In this document: positions 1 to 10,724 of the stretch, piece after piece
Numbering within the stretch: the first letter of the stretch is position 1
Layout: every line of letters starts with the position of its first letter
IMG/VR virus record: IMGVR_UViG_3300021438_000010
Location: 1 to 64,000 of that record
DNA from: a virus
DNA: 64,000 nucleotides
Direction: 5' to 3' (one strand)
Program-made: the position numbers and the translations under genes
The notes under the pieces: generated by a model
Seen by the model: the letters and a program-made list of their open reading frames with translations, nothing else
The model's database searches: none
Told to the model about the DNA's origin: nothing

Positions 1-2
1 TA

Positions 3-3000
3 CCGCAAGGTTCAACTGAGACATATGTAACAAGATCCTCATTAAGAGGAAGCGGAGTTGCTGATATAAAAATATATTATCCGGGGTGGTACGAACAAAT
101 GCCCTGTAAAGAAGTGGAAGATTGTAGTCCAGATCCAGCTAAAATTCAAATTCAATCACGATGTGAAATGCCACTTATGCACTATGGTGATTTACGCGCT
201 CAGTGGAATGAATCATGTTGTACAAATGGTGGATTATTAATATATGGTCATAATTGGCCGCTTGTGTTTGGATCATATAAACCTCAGTGCGGAGAAGACA
301 CATCATTTGAAGATAAGCCCAGTAAAAACTTTGAGCCAATACCACTATTAGTAGCAGCAGAACAAGTTGACAAAGAAATAATATACCCAGCAGTACCAGC
401 GCAATATAAATCTATTCCTATATATGAAACTATATCTGAAAATACTTTATATTATGATTTTGGAAGCCCAACTTCATCAGTTCCAACATTTATATGGGAT
501 AGTGGAAATGTTCCAGAAAACTCTGTTTCTTTCAATATAACTAATAACTTAAGCGAACAATTATTCTACAAACCATCAGATGATTCTATACTACAAGCTA
601 GAGGCATTCCAAAAGTAAAGGTTGACTCATATTTATCTAAAGAAATAATTTCTGATAAAACTTATTTTGGTATAGAGCATACTTATGATAAAACCACATC
701 TAAGGTTGTAGTTTTATCTAGCGTAACTGGTGAATCTGAATCATCATTACTAAATAGTGCTGGGGATCAAAATGTTAAATTTTATACTAATCTAGTTTCT
801 AGATCAATTAGCGAAAAAAATCGCTCATTTATAGCACAACTTGGAGGATGGACAGGAAGATCATCATTCAAAGATGGTTATGAAAATTCAATATTAAAGA
901 GCATTTTTCTTCAAAATACCAATTCAGTCACAGAGAATGTTTTAAGTTCAAGTCTGAATAGCACATTTAATGTGGTGTGGATAGCAAATATCGCAAGTCA
1001 ACCATCAAATGATGATTTATTTTATATTAAAAATTGGTTATCTCTTGGAGACAGAAAATTAATTATTACTTGTGGTGATTCTTTAGAAAGCTCTAAGAAT
1101 GCTCAAGATCTTTGTGATAAATTAGGCATAGATATTGGTCCTTTGTATTTACCATATTCTGATAAATACGAACAATCCTCAACTGGTGGATTTGCTGTAA
1201 ATGAATTGCATCAAGCTGGTGGTCAATTCTTCCAGCCATACAAGAAAACAAATATCATAGAATATTTTTCTGCAACTCTTCAATTTTATCCATTAAGACT
1301 TACATCTGGCGGAACACCAATAGCATACGTTGATATCCCAGTTTATGATTTTGCCCCCAAAGAAAATGTAAATACTTATTGGTCTATGAATCCCGGCATA
1401 ACAAGATTTACAGTTCCAGTACAAGCTGGTTCTGGATATAAAGTATTTATTACAACTTCTTCTGATAGCCCTTCGGAAACAGAGCCTCTACAGATTAATA
1501 TCGATAATGCTTCTATAGCACCTAATCTACCTTATCCAGACTCTTTATATAATGTTGGCATAATAGAGTTGAATTCAGATGGAGATTTATTTGAGTCTAA
1601 ATCTATAAATACTGGGGTTATTCCTAAAATAGTACAAGGATCTGCGACAAATACATTAGATATTCAAGTTACTGAAGGCACAAATAATATAAATATTTAT
1701 ATATCATGTGCTATACCAAGAATATCTCCCGAATCTAATATAATACCAAAGAGCGTCAAATTAATTGGTATATCTGGCGTACCAATTCCTATAAATCAAA
1801 AAGTCTCTATTTCAACTCAACAGATTCCTACTGGAAGATTTGAGATAGTAAAAACATCTGACGCACAACCAGAAGCAAGAGAAACAATTCAGATCATAAG
1901 ACCTATCAGTACTGATAATACTAAATATTGCAAGGGTGGATGCGAATTTTTAGGTGGAATACCAATAGAAGATGGTCCAGTTGTGTCGGCTCAAGAAATA
2001 GAGATATTATCTCCATTTGATGCCGGTGTTGCTAGGTCCAGAATAACTGTTATAACAGATTCTAGCATGATTCAAGGTAGATATGTAACAGACAATGGAG
2101 TTATTCCAATTGATACATACTCGTTCATAAGAAGTTTATATCCAGAAACAGAGTTTCCATACGAATCTTATGGAAGACAATTTAATGTATATAATAAATT
2201 GATTTCACCAGAACGCGGTAGCCCAACTAAATACTTTAACCAAGGAATATTAAGTGGACTTAACAGTAACTTTGGAGGATTTATTTCCATTGGAAGTCAA
2301 CCTATTAATCAATATGAATCACAATATAATCCAAAATATGTCAATAGACCAAAAGTTCCTTGGAAAGATGAGACAGAAGAAGAAAAAATTTCAGAAATTA
2401 AAAATGAGCTTATAAGCGGATTTTTGACAAAACAAATTCAACATGCATCTACTTCTAGATTTAGTGGAATCATAGATGGAGCTACATATTTGGACGCTCC
2501 AATCGGTGGTGGATTACCAAGGTTATTAAAAGAAAAAGGATATGACTATTTAGACTTTGATAAATTCCCATCTGGATATCCCGGTGACTTATTTGGTTAT
2601 TCTTTATGTATTAGAGGAAATAAGATATTAGTTGGCTCCCCATTCTCTGCTTTTGGTACAGATATTATAACTCCTTGGACAAGTGGAAGTCAACTACACT
2701 TGGGATATGATGGTGGTGCTGGATCGGTATATATGTTTGAAAAATCTGGAAATCTATCTTGGGATTGTATTAGAAAACTTAGACCACAATCTCTTATGGG
2801 ACAACTGAGTGGAATCAATGCTAAATCTGATCAATTTGGACATTCTGTATCAATGCAAAATGATACATTGATCATAGGATCTCCTAACCATATTTATGGA
2901 AGTTATTATGAAAATATATATCAAGATGGCGCATTTGCGAGAAAAAATTTCAATTCACAATTTGATGTGCCGATTAGAAATGTGTATGATCTAGGTTTGT

Positions 3001-3839
3001 CTGGTAATAGGAATAATTTTCAACAAGACGGAATATATGCTAAAAATGCCGGATCAATATATGTATATGAAAATAAAATTACAGATTGGGAAAACAAGCA
3101 GCAATCATGGAAATTAGTAGAAAAAATAATTTCTGATTCATCATCTCCAAGCGGAGAACGTTTTGGTAAAACGACTTATATTACAAGACCATATAGAACT
3201 GACGCTGATTATACCATATTTGCTGGGTGCGATTCTGCATCTGGAAATGGCTCTTTAAACATTGGTGCAGTATATGCAAAAGATATTATGCTCAAAAAGC
3301 AACCCCCGTCAGTTTCTAATTCTGGGGCATGGATACATGCTAAAGTATTTGGAGAAAAAGGTGGGCAGAATGAGTATATTGTTAATCTAAGATTTTCAAA
3401 TAGCGGGGATAGTATTCCTTATTATTCTAGTGGCATAGTTGTTTCTAATTCTAAGGGGGAGATTTTTATTGAAGTTTCTGGTCAAGATCCATCAACTAAG
3501 GGTTTCATATCTCACAGACCATATATAGAATCTATCATAGGATATTATCAGTACGGAAAAATACTCGAAAATAACATGATTTTATTCTGTGATGGTCAAT
3601 ATCCACCCCCAAGTTCCCAAATGAATCTTATTATAGATGTTGAAAATTCTGCTTATGTGTATAATACATTAGGATTGTACGGTAGTGTTATAACAGATGC
3701 TGTTTCTACTTATCCTTCTGGACTAAATCTGTTCATAGAAAGTCCATCTGGATCTTCAGCGTCTTCTCTTAATTTATATATGCCTAGCGGGATAGGAAGT
3801 CTTGGCGACAATCTTAACTTACAAGTAAGAGGAAAATAA
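3..3839 (+). CDS. Large virion/tail-associated protein with FG-GAP (integrin-like beta-propeller) repeats; 5'-truncated by the window
   Basis: Frame is open from base 3 (PQGSTETY...) to the ATG at 99. Repeats GDLFGYSL..ILVGSP, SDQFGHSV..LIIGSP and GERFG, with GSVYMFEK / GSIYVYEN / GAVYAK strands. Ser/Gly/Asn-rich. Confidence 0.65.
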   Translation, partial: PQGSTETYVTRSSLRGSGVADIKIYYPGWYEQMPCKEVEDCSPDPAKIQIQSRCEMPLMHYGDLRAQWNESCCTNGGLLIYGHNWPLVFGSYKPQCGEDTSFEDKPSKNFEPIPLLVAAEQVDKEIIYPAVPAQYKSIPIYETISENTLYYDFGSPTSSVPTFIWDSGNVPENSVSFNITNNLSEQLFYKPSDDSILQARGIPKVKVDSYLSKEIISDKTYFGIEHTYDKTTSKVVVLSSVTGESESSLLNSAGDQNVKFYTNLVSRSISEKNRSFIAQLGGWTGRSSFKDGYENSILKSIFLQNTNSVTENVLSSSLNSTFNVVWIANIASQPSNDDLFYIKNWLSLGDRKLIITCGDSLESSKNAQDLCDKLGIDIGPLYLPYSDKYEQSSTGGFAVNELHQAGGQFFQPYKKTNIIEYFSATLQFYPLRLTSGGTPIAYVDIPVYDFAPKENVNTYWSMNPGITRFTVPVQAGSGYKVFITTSSDSPSETEPLQINIDNASIAPNLPYPDSLYNVGIIELNSDGDLFESKSINTGVIPKIVQGSATNTLDIQVTEGTNNINIYISCAIPRISPESNIIPKSVKLIGISGVPIPINQKVSISTQQIPTGRFEIVKTSDAQPEARETIQIIRPISTDNTKYCKGGCEFLGGIPIEDGPVVSAQEIEILSPFDAGVARSRITVITDSSMIQGRYVTDNGVIPIDTYSFIRSLYPETEFPYESYGRQFNVYNKLISPERGSPTKYFNQGILSGLNSNFGGFISIGSQPINQYESQYNPKYVNRPKVPWKDETEEEKISEIKNELISGFLTKQIQHASTSRFSGIIDGATYLDAPIGGGLPRLLKEKGYDYLDFDKFPSGYPGDLFGYSLCIRGNKILVGSPFSAFGTDIITPWTSGSQLHLGYDGGAGSVYMFEKSGNLSWDCIRKLRPQSLMGQLSGINAKSDQFGHSVSMQNDTLIIGSPNHIYGSYYENIYQDGAFARKNFNSQFDVPIRNVYDLGLSGNRNNFQQDGIYAKNAGSIYVYENKITDWENKQQSWKLVEKIISDSSSPSGERFGKTTYITRPYRTDADYTIFAGCDSASGNGSLNIGAVYAKDIMLKKQPPSVSNSGAWIHAKVFGEKGGQNEYIVNLRFSNSGDSIPYYSSGIVVSNSKGEIFIEVSGQDPSTKGFISHRPYIESIIGYYQYGKILENNMILFCDGQYPPPSSQMNLIIDVENSAYVYNTLGLYGSVITDAVSTYPSGLNLFIESPSGSSASSLNLYMPSGIGSLGDNLNLQVRGK

Positions 3840-5677
3840 TGCTAACTGTTTATTATAATGGCACTGGGTGCGTAATTAGACCCGTCCCATTTATTTCTAT
3901 AACTCAAAATGCTATTAGAAATAAAACGGGCATGTTAGGTAGTTATTATAATATAACTTTGAATGGTACTATTTTACCAGATAAGGGTTCTCCTTTTTAT
4001 AGCGGTCAAACACTTTCTAATCTCCCAACTGGATTTGCTACTGGTCACGCCAGACCGGGACAAGAGGCAGTTTCCTTGGGAAGTTCTATGGCGTCCATAG
4101 TATATAAACAAAATTTAATTAGAGAATTATTTAAACGGGATGGTCAAAAAGTTGAACTATTGCCAGCTAAAGTAGATTCAGCAGCATTTGTTGGTGACAC
4201 TGGCACAGATGCTCCAGTTTTAGTATTCTATCCTACTGTTGAGTCTATTAATTTTGAAGAAGGGCAGTATATAAATAGTTGTAAATATACTGTTAACTTG
4301 AGAGCAGAGGTTTTATTAGATTCTGCTGGAAATATTATTTCAGATGGTTTGCCTAACTCTACTCATACACCTACTGGAACAGATGGTCAACCATTCAGAG
4401 GAAATGCTGGAAATAGATTAAATTTAGTAACAGCATTATCTCAAAGTGGATTTATTGATGATTATAGCGAAACTTGGTCGCTTGATGTTGAAGAGGGTAG
4501 AGGGACTACTAAGACAAGCAGTGCATATGTTGATCCAACCGGAGACATCACTTCTATAAGAACATATAGACTTACTAGAAACGTGACAGCTACTGGCAGA
4601 ACAATGTATTATGACGAATCCAGTACAATAAAAAGAAAAGAAGCTTGGCAACAAGCGAAAAATTATGTATATTTAAGCGTTTTACGCGACACCACTCCGA
4701 ATACATCTTCGGATAATTCAACAGGATATGAACAATTTCCAGAGTATAGTTTAGGACCATATTTTGGTAGTGGTTACTTAAATATAGCTAAAGATCTTTG
4801 GGGTGGATATAACCATTTAAGAACAGAGTCTTTTGATGTAACCGCTGGAACATTTACATTAACTGATGTGTGGTTATTGTCAAGTGGAACAGCCTATGAA
4901 AATTATAACTTATCATTATCTAAAGGCTCAGATAATGGTCTTTATAAAATCAGCATAGAGGGAAATATAAAGGGATTGTCTAGCGCACATGCTGGACACG
5001 CTCAATACGGAGGAACTGTTCAGAGCAGTCAGCCAGCATTAAATCCTCAATTTGGAGTAACACCTTTAAATACTCAATATCAAAATGCCTTATATAAATG
5101 GCATCAAATATCTAATACTGGCACCTATGGCCCTTTATGTCATTTATTTAAACGCGCTCAATCTGTAACTCATGTTTCATTAAATCATGTTCCTTTGTCT
5201 ATATCTCTCGGAAGTAACGAGTTCAATGGTGAGATTACATATAATATTGAATATGATAGTCGCCCAATGAATTTAATTAGTGGAGCATTATCCGAAAATA
5301 TTTCCTATAGCGATACTTACCCCGGAGATGTTTTCGCTGTTATTCCTGTTATTGGCAGACAAACTGGACCAGTTCTTCAATATATAGGAGGCAGAACAGA
5401 ATATCAAAGAAGTTTAAATATTGATCTAGTAATGGACAGATACTACTCTTCTGGAAATGGAAATCTTACCCAGCGAATAAGGGAAATGAGCGTTTTGTCA
5501 AAACCAAGTTTAAATGAACCTTTTAAAAGTCAAATTAATGCTATCATCCATGCATATAGCCCAATACAAGAAACTGGTATAAGAAAATATTTTGCTAGTC
5601 CAGCTACTGAGAGTTGGGATGCTAGCTCTGGTCGTTATTCATTACAAATAAACTGGACATATGAGTTAAACAGATGA
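3839..5677 (+). CDS. Putative virion structural (tail/baseplate) protein
   Basis: 612-aa ORF coupled to the previous gene (TAATG overlap); Thr/Ser/Gly-rich, beta-strand-like composition; structural cluster context. Confidence 0.5.
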   Translation: MLTVYYNGTGCVIRPVPFISITQNAIRNKTGMLGSYYNITLNGTILPDKGSPFYSGQTLSNLPTGFATGHARPGQEAVSLGSSMASIVYKQNLIRELFKRDGQKVELLPAKVDSAAFVGDTGTDAPVLVFYPTVESINFEEGQYINSCKYTVNLRAEVLLDSAGNIISDGLPNSTHTPTGTDGQPFRGNAGNRLNLVTALSQSGFIDDYSETWSLDVEEGRGTTKTSSAYVDPTGDITSIRTYRLTRNVTATGRTMYYDESSTIKRKEAWQQAKNYVYLSVLRDTTPNTSSDNSTGYEQFPEYSLGPYFGSGYLNIAKDLWGGYNHLRTESFDVTAGTFTLTDVWLLSSGTAYENYNLSLSKGSDNGLYKISIEGNIKGLSSAHAGHAQYGGTVQSSQPALNPQFGVTPLNTQYQNALYKWHQISNTGTYGPLCHLFKRAQSVTHVSLNHVPLSISLGSNEFNGEITYNIEYDSRPMNLISGALSENISYSDTYPGDVFAVIPVIGRQTGPVLQYIGGRTEYQRSLNIDLVMDRYYSSGNGNLTQRIREMSVLSKPSLNEPFKSQINAIIHAYSPIQETGIRKYFASPATESWDASSGRYSLQINWTYELNR

Positions 5678-6018
5678 CAAGCAATACAAGTTCAGAAAGT
5701 CTAAATACAGAAGAAACGTTAGCAGACAACAATGTTGCACTTAGACGGCCAATGTCTAGTGGCATTATAGGCTTGACAAAAGATATAACATATACGCCAA
5801 ATGCGGCAAATGTTAGTCCATTAGCACCAAATAATTTAGTATTTGCAACCACTGGAATTTCTAATGGTTATCAATCTTCTTTAGATACAAGTGGAATAAC
5901 TAATTTTACTGCTTATAATGATTACATACATAATGAAGGCTTTAGAAGAAAAAATGTGATGGGAACTTTAGTATTAGCTTCACAAAGATTTGAAGTATAC
6001 AGTAGACAATTTAGGTAA
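5674..6018 (+). CDS. Hypothetical protein (structural cluster)
   Basis: 114-aa ORF with an ATGA overlap to the upstream gene. Confidence 0.5.
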   Translation: MTSNTSSESLNTEETLADNNVALRRPMSSGIIGLTKDITYTPNAANVSPLAPNNLVFATTGISNGYQSSLDTSGITNFTAYNDYIHNEGFRRKNVMGTLVLASQRFEVYSRQFR

Positions 6019-6023
6019 ATAAT

Positions 6024-9000
6024 ATGTGGCTAACAAGCGGAAATTTAAATCAAAGATCACAGGTTAAAACTGGAATAGGCGGAAATAGTGCTATACCAGC
6101 TAGTGGTTATTATGGAAATAGCTGGCCATCTAAAAGTGGAAGTGTAATTCCACAGGGTATATCAACTGGAGGGTGGGTATTAGATTCAACCACACCAGAG
6201 ACATATGATAGAGGATATGTACAACAGACTTTTCTGGGAGCATCTATCAGAAGCTTCACTATGAATGGCGGTTTTGGAGATAATAGTTCATCTTTAACTG
6301 TAGAATTAGTAAATGATGAGTTTAACAAATCAGATAATACTGCCCAAGGAGTTGGTGATGATGTTTATCATTCTGGAAATGGAGATAGATTTGTTCCACC
6401 AATAGTTGGAAGCCCTGTTTATTTTAAGTTTGGTCAAAATTTAGCCACAGTAGAAGAAGCTTATAGAAGAACCTTTGATGAATTATATGGGTTCAATACA
6501 TTAAGCGCACAAGCAACTGTTAGTTCTAATGGCTCATTTAACAAAGATAATTTTACTTCTTTAAGTGATTATACTTATGTAAATTTAGATAATAATCAAT
6601 TTTATAATTTTTCAAGCACAATGACGGGTCCAGCAAGAGGATCTGGTCACATTGTATTTGGTGGAATACTACAGTCTTATGTGCAAAATCGTGGCCCCGG
6701 AGGAAATCCATTATATACGGTTCAAGTAACTGATCCGAGGGAAATACTATCAAATGTAGTAGTCATATTAAATAATTACTCAGGTACTACTTTTAATACT
6801 CAAAATGTATTAAATGTATATGGTTTTTTAGAACATAATATGACGGGGGCATTATCTGGAATATTACAAAGTGCTTATGGTAATTATAATTTATTGAAGA
6901 AAAAAGTTGATATGAACACTGGCAAAATATCTTACGTTGGATCTGCCGGTGATACTACTGATCCAAGGCTAAGTGGACTTTTAGATTGCTGGTATCAAAC
7001 TGGTGGTGGTTGGTTTGGAAATACATTTAAATATTTTCCTGTCACCGGTACTGGTTTTTCTAGAAGAGGACCACAAGGAATTCCGTATTATAGAGTCAAA
7101 CAGGCTTTGAATGCATTGATGTCTGTTGGATATAAACTGCCAGATGAATATAAAAATAAATGCTATGGTAAAAAAATTAATTTTAGAGGGTATAGATATA
7201 TCGTAGATTTTAGTGGACTAAAAGATTTGCCACCAATGTATTTTTTAGATTTTGATCAAATTAATCTTTTAGATTTAGCATTAGAAATATGTGATGTAAC
7301 AAGTAGAGATTTATTTGTTTCATTATTGCCAGTTATAAATCATCCAGCATGTTTGCCAATATACAATGATCAAAATAGTTCTGGAGAAGAAGTAGTTGCT
7401 GGAATTATTAGATTAGACAGTATAGATAGGTCACATGCTCCAGTATATGGATCTATTAAAAAATATATAGATAGTTTGGCATCATCTGGAATATTAGTAG
7501 AAAATCAAGATGTTGGATATGAATTATCTAATGTTACAACAGATAAATTTGTTGTTGGCGCACAAGAAGTAGATATGTATTATTTTACTGCAAATACTGA
7601 TAGGGGAATGAAAAATGCAAGAAATAGAACTACTGCCGGTGATAATTGGCATCAGTGGCTTTTAGATAAGCAAGAAGAACAACAAATTCTGCCATATTAT
7701 GGTTTGCTTGGTAATAATGCCGTGACTATCCCAAAGGGTTGGGGAGCCTATCAGCAAATTTTGCTAGACACTACTGGATTAAATGCTAATGGTGTTGGCT
7801 GTTATTATGTTGCAACTGAAATGGAACTAAGATGCGCTTCAGTATCATATGAATGCTGGAAAAATTTCTTACAGCAATATAATGATATTTATTTAGAATC
7901 TGTTGAGGGGAATGATAGTTATGAGGGTGGAGTTTTACAAGGAAGCGCATCTTTTTCAAGTGTTCCCAATCCTCCAAATATATCTAGTAATTATGCTGTG
8001 ACTGTTCCAAGGTCGGTTTTTGAAACTTTTGCTACTACAGCTTTTAGTGGAGGATATCCAACAAGTCCATGTAATCCGCCGTATGGATATCCATTATATT
8101 ATAAACGAATGACTAAATTAGGTATTCCAGAGGGCGGTCTAACAAAATTACAGCATAGAATTACTACGATGATAACTGGTGCCGCAAGTATAAGAGGAGC
8201 AGATGCCGAAAATTATCAAGAAATAAAAAATGCTCAATTAAAAGAATTAGAATCTATTAAAGAAGAATATGGAACTCTTTCTCAAGCAGAACAAGATTAT
8301 TACAATGCTGTTAAAGCAGCTTTAGCTACTACTCCACCAAGTATAGACTTGTTAAACGATATAGAGGAATCTTTACACAAGATGGCGGCTGTATTACCTA
8401 GATTAGCTAAAAAAGGTACTGAAAATGCACTAAAAGTATATGAATTTTTGAAAAAAATAGCAGATGAAAATTTAGGTAAAAAATTTCTTGTAAAAATACC
8501 TAATAAAGTCAATTTGTATTATCAAAATAATATGACTCAAAGTTCTTCTACTATAACTGCTGGACCTTTTGGATTTAAACCTAGACCAACAGAGTCTGGA
8601 ATTGGATCTGAATTTTCTTCATCTTTTAGAACTACATATCGCGGATTAGCTACTAATGATATGGTTTATAGTTTTTGTCAAAGCGGTACTACTGCTAATC
8701 AAGAAAAATATGGCGGTGCTTTAAAAAGTAATTTTAATCCAGTAACAGATAAGCATGAATTCAATTATACTCCTGTTAATTTAGGTGGATATTTTCCATT
8801 TGATTTATATACAAATACTTTGCCGATGAAAACAATAGAAACCTTGCCAACTTCGTCTAGACCAAGTGGTGTTGTAAATATGTTAATTCCTCAAGACTTA
8901 ACAAATTTCTTAGATGAAAACGGAAGAGTATCTGCATATGTTAGATTTGATCAAAGTCAGCATCTGTCATTTGACAACATAAACTCAGAAGATTTTACTC

Positions 9001-10709
9001 AACAGCTAATAACTCCTCAAGGTATGGTTCCAGACCTTTGTGAATTTTTAGATAACGTAGGTGAGAGCAAGTGGGAATCTTTTGCAACAGCTGATGCCGA
9101 TAAAAAAGATAACGATAATAATAAACCTAAACAATGTGCCTTTGTGAAATGTACTTTAGATGAAAAGTTTTATATGCCCCCAAAGATACTTTCATCTTCT
9201 GTCCCGGTCTATGGTGCCGCAGATTATAGGAAAAAGATTTCAAAACCAAGAAAGATTTTTATTCCATGTTCTGGATGGAAACCCGGAACGAGTCGAACAA
9301 GTACCGATGATTTAATGCCGGGAACAGGATGTTATGTAGATAGTTTTAGATATACAGAGTTGAGTTACTATCCAACTGAGTCACAAAGTTCCACCGCCAC
9401 TAGATACGTTTATGATAGAAAACTACAACCATTTTTAAATAGTTTCATAATTAAAACTGATTTCGCTGATTTAGATACTAATTGTGTTTATGCTTTAATA
9501 ACACTTCCAAATAGGATTGCTGCGACCAAGGATGCTAGATATAGAGATGCTGCTAATCAAAAAGATAGTGCCTATTCAATAAAACATTACTTGACAATAG
9601 ATGTTGTAAAAAATCTTCCAGAATTTAGTAGTCCCGGCTATGCTAAGTTATCTACTAGTAATTTATTAGCTGGTGATCCTACTTGTAAGCATTATCCGGT
9701 AGAATCAAGAAGTGCCGCTTGGTTAGCTGCTAAAAAAGCAAAATCCGCTCTTCAATTTGGTTTTTCTCAACAAATGGAAATGGTTGCACCATCTCCAGTA
9801 TATCCAGATTTGGTAGCATTGCCATTAATGTCTAACGAAAGATGTTATGGCCCTTGGATTTCTTCACAAGTAGATCCGCAAGGATCAGCGTATATAAATG
9901 TTGGAGGAAGAGTAGAATTTATCAAAGATGAGAATTTGGCACCTTGGAACTATGCTGGATATGAACTTCTTAATATTGCTGGAAAAACTCAAGCAGAATT
10001 TGCAAATAGTCTGTTACTTTTTTCAGAAAGAGGAGGATTTACATATCCCGGTATGCCAACTTCTTCCTTGTGTCAGGTTTTACTATCTGGTGGTCCACTA
10101 GTAACAAATATAACCGTAGATGTATCAGATAATGGAATAAAAACAACATATAAAATGGATCTTTATACTGCTAGTTTTGGAAAATTACAAAAACAAAAAC
10201 AAGATATGATTTCTAAAATTAGTAGAGAAAGACAAAGACTAAGAGATGAAAGAAATGCTTTGATTAGAAAAGGCATAGGAAAAGGGCAAACTAGTTTAAA
10301 TATTGTTGGTGCTATAAACATGTTTGGTAATAATGGAACGCTGCCATCTATACCAAATGCCGCTAACCATATAGTTGCATCAGTAGCTCAATATGATACT
10401 AAATTATATAGTCCAGTATTACCATCTACAACTGGAGTTCCGTCTGTAGATAATGTTTACTCAGCATCTTTACAAAATGAAGAACAAATTCATGATAATT
10501 TTAACATTTTTGATAGTCCTATTCAACGAAATATTGCAGAATATAACGCCGGTGCAGCTAGAATAGATGATCTTTATATTCCATATTCTAATGAGCCGTA
10601 TCATGGCAATATACCTCATATGGAGTATGTTGACTATAGAGCAAATAATAGATTATATGAAAATGATGATTTCAAGATTCAAGACGATAACATAACGTCG
10701 CCAGCATAA
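6024..10709 (+). CDS. Large putative tail/baseplate hub-like virion protein
   Basis: 1561-aa ORF; beta-rich with coiled-coil segments (EIKNAQLKELESIKEE; KISRERQRLRDERNAL); structural context. Confidence 0.5.
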   Translation: MWLTSGNLNQRSQVKTGIGGNSAIPASGYYGNSWPSKSGSVIPQGISTGGWVLDSTTPETYDRGYVQQTFLGASIRSFTMNGGFGDNSSSLTVELVNDEFNKSDNTAQGVGDDVYHSGNGDRFVPPIVGSPVYFKFGQNLATVEEAYRRTFDELYGFNTLSAQATVSSNGSFNKDNFTSLSDYTYVNLDNNQFYNFSSTMTGPARGSGHIVFGGILQSYVQNRGPGGNPLYTVQVTDPREILSNVVVILNNYSGTTFNTQNVLNVYGFLEHNMTGALSGILQSAYGNYNLLKKKVDMNTGKISYVGSAGDTTDPRLSGLLDCWYQTGGGWFGNTFKYFPVTGTGFSRRGPQGIPYYRVKQALNALMSVGYKLPDEYKNKCYGKKINFRGYRYIVDFSGLKDLPPMYFLDFDQINLLDLALEICDVTSRDLFVSLLPVINHPACLPIYNDQNSSGEEVVAGIIRLDSIDRSHAPVYGSIKKYIDSLASSGILVENQDVGYELSNVTTDKFVVGAQEVDMYYFTANTDRGMKNARNRTTAGDNWHQWLLDKQEEQQILPYYGLLGNNAVTIPKGWGAYQQILLDTTGLNANGVGCYYVATEMELRCASVSYECWKNFLQQYNDIYLESVEGNDSYEGGVLQGSASFSSVPNPPNISSNYAVTVPRSVFETFATTAFSGGYPTSPCNPPYGYPLYYKRMTKLGIPEGGLTKLQHRITTMITGAASIRGADAENYQEIKNAQLKELESIKEEYGTLSQAEQDYYNAVKAALATTPPSIDLLNDIEESLHKMAAVLPRLAKKGTENALKVYEFLKKIADENLGKKFLVKIPNKVNLYYQNNMTQSSSTITAGPFGFKPRPTESGIGSEFSSSFRTTYRGLATNDMVYSFCQSGTTANQEKYGGALKSNFNPVTDKHEFNYTPVNLGGYFPFDLYTNTLPMKTIETLPTSSRPSGVVNMLIPQDLTNFLDENGRVSAYVRFDQSQHLSFDNINSEDFTQQLITPQGMVPDLCEFLDNVGESKWESFATADADKKDNDNNKPKQCAFVKCTLDEKFYMPPKILSSSVPVYGAADYRKKISKPRKIFIPCSGWKPGTSRTSTDDLMPGTGCYVDSFRYTELSYYPTESQSSTATRYVYDRKLQPFLNSFIIKTDFADLDTNCVYALITLPNRIAATKDARYRDAANQKDSAYSIKHYLTIDVVKNLPEFSSPGYAKLSTSNLLAGDPTCKHYPVESRSAAWLAAKKAKSALQFGFSQQMEMVAPSPVYPDLVALPLMSNERCYGPWISSQVDPQGSAYINVGGRVEFIKDENLAPWNYAGYELLNIAGKTQAEFANSLLLFSERGGFTYPGMPTSSLCQVLLSGGPLVTNITVDVSDNGIKTTYKMDLYTASFGKLQKQKQDMISKISRERQRLRDERNALIRKGIGKGQTSLNIVGAINMFGNNGTLPSIPNAANHIVASVAQYDTKLYSPVLPSTTGVPSVDNVYSASLQNEEQIHDNFNIFDSPIQRNIAEYNAGAARIDDLYIPYSNEPYHGNIPHMEYVDYRANNRLYENDDFKIQDDNITSPA

Positions 10710-10724
10710 TATAAAGGACAAATT

